Source: Candidatus Cloacimonadaceae bacterium (GTDB lineage: Bacteria; Cloacimonadota; Cloacimonadia; Cloacimonadales; Cloacimonadaceae). From it: a DNA stretch of 64,000 bases. The notes below the pieces were generated by a model. The model was not told where the DNA came from. It worked only from the letters and a program-made list of their open reading frames with translations, and made no database searches. The DNA lies in assembly GCA_963667535.2 (NCBI GenBank), contig CAXXDU010000002.1, positions 655,243 through 719,242 on the forward strand, written 5' to 3'. Positions 56,265-64,000 of this stretch are shown here, piece by piece; position 1 is the stretch's first letter, and each line of letters opens with the position of its first letter. The position numbers and the translations under genes are program-made.

Positions 56265-56628
56265 GACCGTATATTCCAAAAAACATTTTGCCTGCGAAGT
56301 CAGGCATGTTTTCGAATCTCAAAAGCTAACCTATACTTCGGAATGATGACACAGTGATTTAACCAGATCAAGTCCCAAGCGATTGAAAAAGGCGATATAC
56401 AATAGCACAATGAACAAAGGTTCTCAAAAATATCCTGTAGTAATTATTGATAATACTCATCATGCTGTGATGTAAAACAGTATCGCAACAACAAGATTAA
56501 TGTTATAAGTTTACAACACAAATGTGTGATTTAGTAGGCTAATCAGTAAAATGAATATGAATGCTATAGCTTATTATTATAATAAGATAGGCGCGAAATA
56601 TGTCGCTCAGAATAAATTACTACGAAAT

Positions 56629-56644
56629 TGGCCCAAGCCTTGCA
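56629..56644 (+). promoter_or_regulatory. Sigma-54 type promoter of pilin-like gene 2
   Basis: TGGCCCAAGCCTTGCA with correct GG/GC spacing. Confidence 0.5.
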
Positions 56645-56722
56645 TTATATTCTACTCGTAGTTTATACGATGTGATTAATTAACAAAAAGAAAAACCGAT
56701 AAGGTTAAAAAGGAGACTACTC

Positions 56723-57154
56723 ATGGGAACTCAACAAATTCTTTTAATTGTACTTAGCGTTATCATCGTCGGTGTAGCAATCGCCGTCGGCATCACAATG
56801 TTTAGTAACCAGGCTTACAATGGCAACCAACAGGCTGTTGCCAGTGAGCTTCAGAACTACGGTTCACAAGCAATTCAATATTTCAAAACCCCCAAAAGCC
56901 AGGGTGGCGCAGGTCAGGATTCTCTTGAAGTAACAGTTACCAAAGTTGCGACCTTCTTAGGTTTCACCGGAGCCAACGATAGTTTAACATCTGATAACGG
57001 CGAATTCCGTGTAACAGCAGTTAGCGGAACAACTGTAACTCTTAAAGGCAAAGGCGTTGAACTTAAAGCTGCCAAGAATCCAATTGTAACTACCACCGTA
57101 GCTTTAGCAGCCGGAACAATTACATCTGTTGTATCTTCCGGAACAACATTCTAA
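56723..57154 (+). CDS. Pilin-like protein, paralogue 2
   Basis: 6-7 aa differences from paralogue 1, with many synonymous DNA differences. Confidence 0.6.
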   Translation: MGTQQILLIVLSVIIVGVAIAVGITMFSNQAYNGNQQAVASELQNYGSQAIQYFKTPKSQGGAGQDSLEVTVTKVATFLGFTGANDSLTSDNGEFRVTAVSGTTVTLKGKGVELKAAKNPIVTTTVALAAGTITSVVSSGTTF

Positions 57155-57174
57155 GCTCATTGATACTCTATATG

Positions 57175-57202
57175 GGGAGACAGAAATGTCTCCCTTTTTT
57201 TT
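57175..57202 (+). terminator. Rho-independent terminator
   Basis: GGGAGACA-GAAA-TGTCTCCC followed by T8. Confidence 0.8.
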
Positions 57203-57459
57203 GTCTTCTTTTTGACATATTGGAATTCGTGAGTAAGACGAAAATTATCTTGATGCATGAATTAACCCATAAGGTAAAATCCAGTTGAATACAAGGTAGA
57301 TGATGTATAACTACAACACAAAGTAGGGGCTGTTGTCTTATATTTGCAACGGCGCCGCTTCTAAAAAGTTGAATAGCAGTAAACATAACATCTACGTAAA
57401 CTATATAATAGTAACATGATAAGCATGTAAAGTGTCAACAAATAAAAATAATATTATAT

Positions 57460-57474
57460 TGGCACATACCTTGC
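57460..57474 (+). promoter_or_regulatory. Sigma-54 type promoter of pilin-like gene 3
   Basis: Identical to 55683-55697 and part of the 578-bp duplication. Confidence 0.6.
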
Positions 57475-57558
57475 GTTATACACCATTTGAAGTTTATATG
57501 ATGTGTAACACAAAGAAAGAAATTAAAATACCAAAAAGGTAAAAAAAGGAGACTAATC

Positions 57559-57990
57559 ATGGGAACTCAACAAATTCTTTTAATCGTACTCAGCGTAATC
57601 ATCGTCGGTGTAGCAATCGCCGTCGGTATCACAATGTTTAGCAACCAAGCTTACAATGGCAACCAACAGGCTGTCGCCAGTGAGCTTCAGAACTACGGTT
57701 CACAAGCAATTCAGTATTACAAGACACCAAAAAGCCAGGGTGGCGCAGGTCAGGATTCACTTGAAGTAACAGTTACCAAAGTAGCAACCTTCTTAGGTTT
57801 CACCGGAGCTAACGATAGTTTAACCTCAGATAACGGCGAATTCCGTGTAACAGGTGTTAGCGGAACAACTGTAACTCTTAAAGGCAAAGGCGTTGAACTT
57901 AAAGCTGCCAAGAATCCACTTGTAACAACCACAATCGCTTTAGCAGCCGGAACAATTACATCATCTGTATCTTCCGGTACAACATTCTAA
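57559..57990 (+). CDS. Pilin-like protein, paralogue 3 (protein identical to paralogue 1)
   Basis: Identical 143-aa translation. One synonymous DNA difference (56123 C versus 57900 T). Confidence 0.6.
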   Translation: MGTQQILLIVLSVIIVGVAIAVGITMFSNQAYNGNQQAVASELQNYGSQAIQYYKTPKSQGGAGQDSLEVTVTKVATFLGFTGANDSLTSDNGEFRVTGVSGTTVTLKGKGVELKAAKNPLVTTTIALAAGTITSSVSSGTTF

Positions 57991-58007
57991 GCTCATTGAT
58001 ACTCTAT

Positions 58008-58033
58008 ATGGGGAGACAGTAATGTCTCCCCAT
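58008..58033 (+). terminator. Terminator hairpin whose T-tract is replaced 2 nt after the stem
   Basis: Same hairpin as 56231-56256, but followed by TTCTGTATAG instead of T8. The RAYT ATG lies 29 nt downstream. Confidence 0.4.
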
Positions 58034-58062
58034 TTCTGTATAGAGCAATAGCAGAAGGAACT

Positions 58063-58632
58063 ATGTGTCTAAAGCATGACGAATTTTATCCGGGGCAGTA
58101 TTATCATATGTATAACCATGCAGTGTCCGGGCAAATGTTATTTAGAGATCGCACAGATTTTGAAAATGCAGAAAAACTGATGACCAGATACTACTCCAGC
58201 AATGATTTTGAGCTAGTCGCTTATTGTCTTATGCCAAATCACTTCCATATGTTAATCAGCCAAAAGACAGATTTGCCTGCTTATACATTTATCTATAAAT
58301 GGAGTCGTGCATATTCCAGATATTTCAATACCAGACATCGTACTATCGGTACAATTTTTAGTGATAAGCTTCAATCTGTAAGTGTGAAAGATGAAAGTAA
58401 ACTGCTCAGACTATGTGCTTTTATTCACTCTAATCCTGTCAAAGCCCAAATGATATCAAACATTACTGACTGGGAATGGTCGAATTATTCTGAATGGACT
58501 AAACAAAACCAAGAAACGTTGTCAGAAAATTATCACAACCGCTATAATCTCAACACAAAACAAAAATATCAGGATTTTGTGAAAGACTTCACAACTGACT
58601 TCATGGACAAAGAATATTTAATTGACACTTAA
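58063..58632 (+). CDS. REP-associated tyrosine transposase (RAYT) / IS200-like Y1 HUH transposase
   Basis: AYCLMPNHFHMLI (HUH motif), catalytic-Tyr region WSRAYSRYFNTRH, and FIHSNPVKA...DWEWSNY. This is the pattern of COG1943/Y1_Tnp RAYT proteins. Confidence 0.8.
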   Translation: MCLKHDEFYPGQYYHMYNHAVSGQMLFRDRTDFENAEKLMTRYYSSNDFELVAYCLMPNHFHMLISQKTDLPAYTFIYKWSRAYSRYFNTRHRTIGTIFSDKLQSVSVKDESKLLRLCAFIHSNPVKAQMISNITDWEWSNYSEWTKQNQETLSENYHNRYNLNTKQKYQDFVKDFTTDFMDKEYLIDT

Positions 58633-58859
58633 GTATCTTTGCACAAAATTGTTTCTATAAGCGTTGCAAAAGCTGTTTCAGCGCAAATATTCTGAACATC
58701 AGGCTTTGTTATCTGTCCACATCAGCCGGACAGGAAAACGAGGTATTTGTGTTCATGATCATTGTGCATCGGAAACACCTTAAAGAGGTGATTGTATGGT
58801 GTATTCGATCGCGTAAAGAAAGAAGAAAATGCCGGCTTAGGTAAAAAGGGAGACAAGTT

Positions 58860-59291
58860 ATGGGAACTCAACAAATCCTTCTTCTCGTACTCAGCGTAAT
58901 CATCGTAGGAGTGTCAGTTTCTGTAGGTATCACAATGTTTGCAAACCAAGCGTATAATGCCAATCAACAGGGTGTTGCCAGTGAGCTTCAGAACTACGGT
59001 ATGTTATCCATACAATATTATAAAACCCCTAAGAGCCAGGGTGGGGCAGGCATGGACTCAACGGCTGTGACTGTAGCTAAAATTGCTCCTTTCTTAGGGT
59101 TTACAGGTCCTAACGACAGTGTTACATCTGATAATGGAGAATTTCGCATAATATCTATTACCGGAGCTATCCTGACTCTCAAAGGCAAAGGTGTTGAAAT
59201 GAAGAATGATAAATTTCCCTTAGTCACAACTACAGTTGGAATGGCGACTGGAACGGTCATATCTTCAGTTTCATCAGGAACAACTTTCTAA
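58860..59291 (+). CDS. Pilin-like protein, paralogue 4
   Basis: MGTQQILLLVLSVIIVGVSVSVGITMFANQAYNANQQGVASELQNY...SDNGEFRI...SSGTTF. Confidence 0.6.
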   Translation: MGTQQILLLVLSVIIVGVSVSVGITMFANQAYNANQQGVASELQNYGMLSIQYYKTPKSQGGAGMDSTAVTVAKIAPFLGFTGPNDSVTSDNGEFRIISITGAILTLKGKGVEMKNDKFPLVTTTVGMATGTVISSVSSGTTF

Positions 59292-59543
59292 ATCGGGTTT
59301 GGAATACCAGCGAGATAATAGATTTCCGTTTTCTGTTTGAACTCTTGTTCCAAATTATGAGACAAATGATGATAATTGAAAGCAAGAGTGTTACATTTGT
59401 AACAAAAAAACAATCCAAGCGATGTAGGTTTACAACATATAGGTTGTTAACACAGATTAAGAAAGAAGCGCATATTCGGCATTGAACAGTTGCCAGTAAA
59501 GGAACGAGGCTAAAAGTAAGCTATAATATTTTCTTCATAAAAT

Positions 59544-59558
59544 TGGAATAGTACTTGC
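59544..59558 (+). promoter_or_regulatory. Sigma-54 type promoter of pilin-like gene 5
   Basis: TGGAATAGTACTTGC with correct GG-N10-GC spacing, 66 nt upstream of the ATG. Confidence 0.5.
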
Positions 59559-59623
59559 CTATTACTATGATTGAAATATATTTTGGCTTTGAACAAATAC
59601 ATTTTTATTAGAAGGATGCAACG

Positions 59624-60058
59624 ATGGGAACACAACAAATATTACTTATAGTATTAGGAGTAATTATTGTCGGAGTAGCAATAGCTGTAGGTATTACCAT
59701 GTTTAATAACCAATCTTATAATTCAAACAAGCAAGCAGTATCATCAGAACTGACAAACTATGCAACCCTTTTAATCCAATATTGGAAGACACCCGCCAGC
59801 CTAGGTGGGGCAGGTGGCAGAATCGGAAATGTGACAGTTGCCAAAACTGCCGTATATCTAGGCTTCAAAGAATCAGAGCCCTATAACTTTGTTTCAGACA
59901 ATGGTGAATTCCGTGTAACAGGGGTTAATGGGACGATTGTTACGATGAAGGGGCTTGGAAAAGAACAGAAAGGCAATAATAAACCTCTTGTAAGCACAGC
60001 AGTTGACTTGTCTAATAGCGATATAACAACTACCGTGGGAAGTGCAACAGGCTTTTAG
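59624..60058 (+). CDS. Pilin-like protein, paralogue 5
   Basis: MGTQQILLIVLGVIIVGVAIAVGITMFNNQSYNSNKQAVSSELTNY...SDNGEFRV...GSATGF. Confidence 0.6.
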   Translation: MGTQQILLIVLGVIIVGVAIAVGITMFNNQSYNSNKQAVSSELTNYATLLIQYWKTPASLGGAGGRIGNVTVAKTAVYLGFKESEPYNFVSDNGEFRVTGVNGTIVTMKGLGKEQKGNNKPLVSTAVDLSNSDITTTVGSATGF

Positions 60059-60149
60059 CATGTTGGAAATCAATTTATTCCATTCAGATGTTAAAGCTTT
60101 TGAAGAGATAAAATACCAAAGGACCGGAAAGGTTCTTTAGGGAGAAACG

Positions 60150-60581
60150 ATGGGTACACAGCAAATATTGCTAATCGTTCTGGCAGTAATCATTGTCGGC
60201 GTAGCAATAGCAGTCGGAATTACAATGTTTAGCAGTCAGGCTTACAATTCAAACCGCCAGGCTGTCGCTTCAGAGCTTACCAATTATGCATCACAGGTAA
60301 TCCAGTTTTGGAAAACACCGGCAAGTTTAGGCGGTGGCGGTAACAGAACAGCAAACCTTACCGTAACAAAAATAGCAGATTATATAGCATTTAACGATAC
60401 AAATGACAGCATCACAAATGATAATGGGGAGTTCAGAGTTATAAGCGTAGCGGGTACAGTTGTGACGCTAAAAGGGCTGGGGACTGCGGAAAAAGGTGGT
60501 AACAAGCCGTTGATTACAACAACTGTTGATGTAGCCAGTAGTGCTATTTCAGCTACCGTTGGCAGCGGTGCCGGATTTTAA
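60150..60581 (+). CDS. Pilin-like protein, paralogue 6
   Basis: MGTQQILLIVLAVIIVGVAIAVGITMFSSQAYNSNRQAVASELTNY...NDNGEFRV...GSGAGF. Confidence 0.6.
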   Translation: MGTQQILLIVLAVIIVGVAIAVGITMFSSQAYNSNRQAVASELTNYASQVIQFWKTPASLGGGGNRTANLTVTKIADYIAFNDTNDSITNDNGEFRVISVAGTVVTLKGLGTAEKGGNKPLITTTVDVASSAISATVGSGAGF

Positions 60582-60662
60582 TTTACTGTAAAGATACCAG
60601 ATTTCTTTTAAAAACTCCACAAAGATATTGACTAATTTATGCTATTCTAACAAGATTGTAAC

Positions 60663-62000
60663 ATGATAAAAGAAATACGTTTCAAGGGAATTAGTCCACA
60701 AGGAAAACTTGTTCAGGGAATGTTTGCTGCCTCTACTAATAAGGAGATAAAACAGCATCTTCACAAATTAACAGAGCGGTATAAAATAAGATTGCAATCT
60801 ACCGAGTACAAAAAGGATTTCAATTATAAAGTCAAATTACCCATGAACAAGACATTCACAGGCAAACAATCAGCATTTTCCAAAGAGGAAGTGGCACAGG
60901 CTTTACAAAGAATGGGTCACAATGATTTTACAATAACACCTGTTTTGTTTGATATCAAGATGAAGCCCAGTGCCAATGATGTAATGATGTTTATCAAACT
61001 CAGTACCAATATGCTGAAAGACAAAATGAGCTTTGGAAAAATTCTGAGTATGTTGGCAGAAGAGCAGACGAATCGCTCAATGCGAGATGCTCTAATCCAG
61101 ATAGAGAATCAGTTGAAACAAGGTGCGGAAGGCAAAGACGTATTCATGCGGTTCAGTGATATTTTTGGCAAATTCCCGGCATTCATGCTTGGATTGGCAA
61201 CGAAAAGCGGTAATATGACAGAGATATTTGAGGCAACCAATAAGTTTATTGAACGTGATATGGAGATTAAAAAGAATGTTAAAAAAGCTGTAATCTCACC
61301 CATGTTCGCAGTGCTTGCCACGGTTGGAGCTGTAATTTATTATATCGTTAAAATCTTCCCTTCCACAGCTGAACTGTTTATCAAATATGATATGCCTCTG
61401 CCACCGATGACTGCTCAAACTTTAAAAATGAGTGACTGGTTGGGTGGAAACTGGTATTACCTCGTTGCTATCGTTGTGATACCTACCGTCGCTATATGGA
61501 GATGGTGGAAAACAGACAGCGGAAAAGTCTGGAAAGATAAAAACATGGTGAAGCTTCCCATGATTGGTCATTTGATACATAAGTCGAGCATAGAAATATT
61601 CTTTCGGGTATTTGGAACAATCTATTCAGGAGCCGGTGATAATATTGAAATTATTAGAACTGCTTCAGAGGCTTGCCGTAATTCATGGATGGAAAAGCAA
61701 ATCAAGCAAGTCACAATTCCATTGATGTTAAAAGAAGGTGAGGGTTTTTGTCCGGCCATGGAAGCATCGGGAGTGTTTACAAGAACAGCTTTAACCAGAT
61801 TGAAAACCGGCTCGGAAACCGGTAATATCCTTCAGGCAGCCCAACAGATAGCTTCATACTACGAAGCTGAAACAACCTATAAAATGAATGCGATGATAGA
61901 GTATATCCAGACCTTTGTGGGTCTGTTTATAGCCATTGTTATTAGCTGGCTAACCGTAGTATCAGCAGAAATTGCTACTGTATCTCCACCTGTAACTTAA
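60663..62000 (+). CDS. GspF/PilC-family inner-membrane platform protein
   Basis: 445 aa with two cytoplasmic helical domains, each followed by TM segments. FMLGLATKSGNMTEIFEATNKFIE and RTALTRLKTGSETGNILQAAQQIASYYE resemble the T2SSF repeats. Confidence 0.75.
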   Translation: MIKEIRFKGISPQGKLVQGMFAASTNKEIKQHLHKLTERYKIRLQSTEYKKDFNYKVKLPMNKTFTGKQSAFSKEEVAQALQRMGHNDFTITPVLFDIKMKPSANDVMMFIKLSTNMLKDKMSFGKILSMLAEEQTNRSMRDALIQIENQLKQGAEGKDVFMRFSDIFGKFPAFMLGLATKSGNMTEIFEATNKFIERDMEIKKNVKKAVISPMFAVLATVGAVIYYIVKIFPSTAELFIKYDMPLPPMTAQTLKMSDWLGGNWYYLVAIVVIPTVAIWRWWKTDSGKVWKDKNMVKLPMIGHLIHKSSIEIFFRVFGTIYSGAGDNIEIIRTASEACRNSWMEKQIKQVTIPLMLKEGEGFCPAMEASGVFTRTALTRLKTGSETGNILQAAQQIASYYEAETTYKMNAMIEYIQTFVGLFIAIVISWLTVVSAEIATVSPPVT

Positions 62001-62010
62001 GGATCAATAC

Positions 62011-63789
62011 ATGGCTGCGATGACGAAATTCGGCAACTACCTGGTTGAGAAGGGATACTTCGCTGAAGACTTTATGGAAAAAGTCACAACCAGATTGATG
62101 GAATATGGTGATTCTTCCCCCAGCGCTCTGGCAAAGCTGTTAATTGCTGAGTTTAAAGTTTCTCAGGATACCGTTTATGAAGCAATGTCACGCTTATATG
62201 CGTTTTCTACTTTTGACATTGACCCCGAATCAGTTGATAAAAACCAGATTGCCCAAACTAAAGAAATCCTGGCAAAGTTCCCTGACGAATTTAAGAAAAG
62301 ACTCTTCTTCCGCAAAATATTTCCTTTCCGGATTCAAAATACAGCCAGAGAAACACTCATGGTACTTGCAGCAGATCCCACAGAAAAGATGATGCAAGAG
62401 ATCCCTGTACTAACACCATACAAGCGGTTTGAAGTTTCCTGGTGCAAAGTAAAAACCATCGAAGACTTAATCCAGAAGATAGCGCCTCAAAAGAATGAAT
62501 TTTTGCAATTATTGGAAGAAGCAGGCGAAGTTATCGTCGAAATCGATAAAACAGATTCTGAGGTTAATGAACAGGCACTGGAAGATGAAATCAACAAAAG
62601 CCTTCTGGTCAATCTTTTTGAAGGAGCTTTGATAGAAGCAGTGCGCAAGGGCGCCAGTGATATACATATACTTGCAGCAGGCAAGGCAGAGGTTGATGTG
62701 TTTTTCAGGGTTGATGGCAGACTTACTCTTTGGCACCGGCAGGAAAACACTCCTCCTGAAGCTCTGACGGCAGTGGTTAAAGACCGCAGTATCGGAGTAG
62801 ATAGATTTGAGCGTGACACAGCTCAGGACGGTTTTGCTCAACGTTTAATTGATGAGCATCTGATACGGTTTAGAATATCAATATTACCTGTTGTGTCTGC
62901 TGAATATGAGAGACGGTTTGAAAGCGTTGTTATCCGTGTTATTGACGACAGAAATGTAATCGCTGATTTCCGAAAACTTGGTTTCCAGCAACAGGCAGAA
63001 CAAGAATTCCTCAAATCAATCAATACATCAAAGGGTATAATCATTGTAACAGGACCTACGGGTAGCGGAAAAAGTACGACACTTCTGGCTGCATTGCATC
63101 ATGTTATCAATCCATCTATAAACGTTCTGACTTGTGAAGATCCAGTTGAGTACGTTATTCATGGAGCCAGGCAGATAAAAATAGGGCACAAACTTTCTTT
63201 TGATCAGGCAATTCGTTCTATTTTGCGGCATGACCCTGATGTTGTTATGGTGGGTGAGATAAGAGATAAAATAACTGCTGATATAGCAGTTAAGCTGGCA
63301 AATACAGGCCACTTAACCTTTTCCACACTACATACAAATGATGCCCCCAGTGCGATAACAAGACTTTACAAAATGGGGATAGAACCATTTTTACTGGCAT
63401 ACTCTATAAATATAATCATTGCTCAGCGACTCGTTCGTAAGCTATGTGATGTCTGCAAGCGTCCTTTGATGAAAGAGCATTGGGCTGTAGCACACGAACT
63501 TGGGCTTACAGAAGAGGAACTGACTTCAGGTAAGATTTATGAACCTGTCGGTTGCCCCAAATGCCATAATGGATATAAAGGCAGGATAAATATTGCTGAG
63601 GCGTTGTATTTCTATCCTGAAATCAGGAGTGAAATTGTCACTGCGGGTTCAGATATTAACGAAGAGAACATTCGCGCCATAGCTGAAAAACACGGAATGT
63701 TGTCTATGCGTGCTTCCGGCGTGGAACGTATCAGAGAAGGACAAACCAGTCTGGAAGAAGTCGCATTTGCCACTTCAGGAGATGATTAA
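62011..63789 (+). CDS. GspE/PilB-family secretion or pilus-assembly ATPase
   Basis: Walker A GPTGSGKSTT, Asp box, Walker B VMVGEIRD, His box TGHLTFSTLHTNDA, and tetracysteine CDVC...CPKC. Confidence 0.9.
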   Translation: MAAMTKFGNYLVEKGYFAEDFMEKVTTRLMEYGDSSPSALAKLLIAEFKVSQDTVYEAMSRLYAFSTFDIDPESVDKNQIAQTKEILAKFPDEFKKRLFFRKIFPFRIQNTARETLMVLAADPTEKMMQEIPVLTPYKRFEVSWCKVKTIEDLIQKIAPQKNEFLQLLEEAGEVIVEIDKTDSEVNEQALEDEINKSLLVNLFEGALIEAVRKGASDIHILAAGKAEVDVFFRVDGRLTLWHRQENTPPEALTAVVKDRSIGVDRFERDTAQDGFAQRLIDEHLIRFRISILPVVSAEYERRFESVVIRVIDDRNVIADFRKLGFQQQAEQEFLKSINTSKGIIIVTGPTGSGKSTTLLAALHHVINPSINVLTCEDPVEYVIHGARQIKIGHKLSFDQAIRSILRHDPDVVMVGEIRDKITADIAVKLANTGHLTFSTLHTNDAPSAITRLYKMGIEPFLLAYSINIIIAQRLVRKLCDVCKRPLMKEHWAVAHELGLTEEELTSGKIYEPVGCPKCHNGYKGRINIAEALYFYPEIRSEIVTAGSDINEENIRAIAEKHGMLSMRASGVERIREGQTSLEEVAFATSGDD

Positions 63790-63999
63790 ATGAACATGCA
63801 AGAAATGGTTATGGCTCTTTTTGCAATAGTGTTCTTTACTACTATCGCTCTGGTTTACAGCCGCAGCATGTGGGATACAGCCGAAGCTTTGGATGACGGT
63901 TCCAAGGTGATTCAGGCAACTCATTTAGCGCATAGCAAGCTGGATGAAATTGATGCCAAACTGTTTAGCCATCAAATTGCGTTTAATGCTGTAATAAAT
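63790..63999 (+). CDS. Hypothetical protein with N-terminal hydrophobic helix (possible minor pilin-like; runs off the window)
   Basis: Not in the track because it is open at the edge. The ATG directly abuts the pilB-like stop. MNMQEMVMALFAIVFFTTIALVYSRSMWDTAEALDDG... Confidence 0.35.
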   Translation, partial: MNMQEMVMALFAIVFFTTIALVYSRSMWDTAEALDDGSKVIQATHLAHSKLDEIDAKLFSHQIAFNAVIN

Positions 64000-64000
64000 A

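Noticed and set aside
58797-58812. Sigma-54 promoter for pilin-like gene 4 (TGGTGTATTCGATCGC) and for gene 6 (60064-60078)
   Set aside because: For gene 4 the GG-to-GC spacing is off by one, and the position homologous to the good promoters is degenerate. Gene 6 has AT instead of GC at -12.

Overview
64-kb chromosomal window from a low-GC bacterium, with no rRNA, tRNA or CRISPR found. Gene content suggests an uncultivated anaerobe of the FCB superphylum, possibly Cloacimonadota-like; this is inferred and no database was searched. The clues are five secreted proteins ending in a T9SS/Por-type C-terminal sorting domain, a group-A-like [FeFe]-hydrogenase, GldA/F/G-like ABC components, and very repeat-rich intergenic DNA.

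Gene order, left to right:
- RNase HIII (partial) and the hydrogenase.
- FG-GAP T9SS cargo, then TolC, a membrane-fusion protein, gldA/F/G-like genes and DUF4340.
- GNATs and an Fe-alcohol dehydrogenase.
- SBBP and M6-protease T9SS cargo.
- A YtrA-type GntR, ABC transporter and flavoprotein operon.
- An AT-rich island with one 1271-aa ORF (SIR2-like domain, P-loop NTPase, nine exact 35-aa repeats), followed by 1.5 kb of ORF-free, highly structured DNA.
- A Fic protein flanked by two paralogous small secreted proteins.
- DUF899, a DNA-alkylation-repair-like protein and DUF2892.
- A B12-radical SAM enzyme, MgtA-like P-type ATPase, MATE transporter, DUF523/DUF1722 and PadR.
- Six tandem pilin-like paralogues, interrupted by a RAYT-type Y1 transposase, followed by GspF/PilC-like and GspE/PilB-like genes.

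Most interesting:
1. The SIR2-NTPase-repeat ORF, a candidate single-gene antiviral STAND-like NADase with an unclassified repeat sensor.
2. The pilin-like family, which lacks a canonical class-III signal peptide. Most copies have sigma-54-type promoters, and two copies are near-identical.
3. A system of REP-like hairpins and modular short-period repeats that may be linked to the RAYT. It includes a perfect four-way-junction element upstream of the SIR2 gene.

All functional calls rest on motifs read from the translations. No searches were run.
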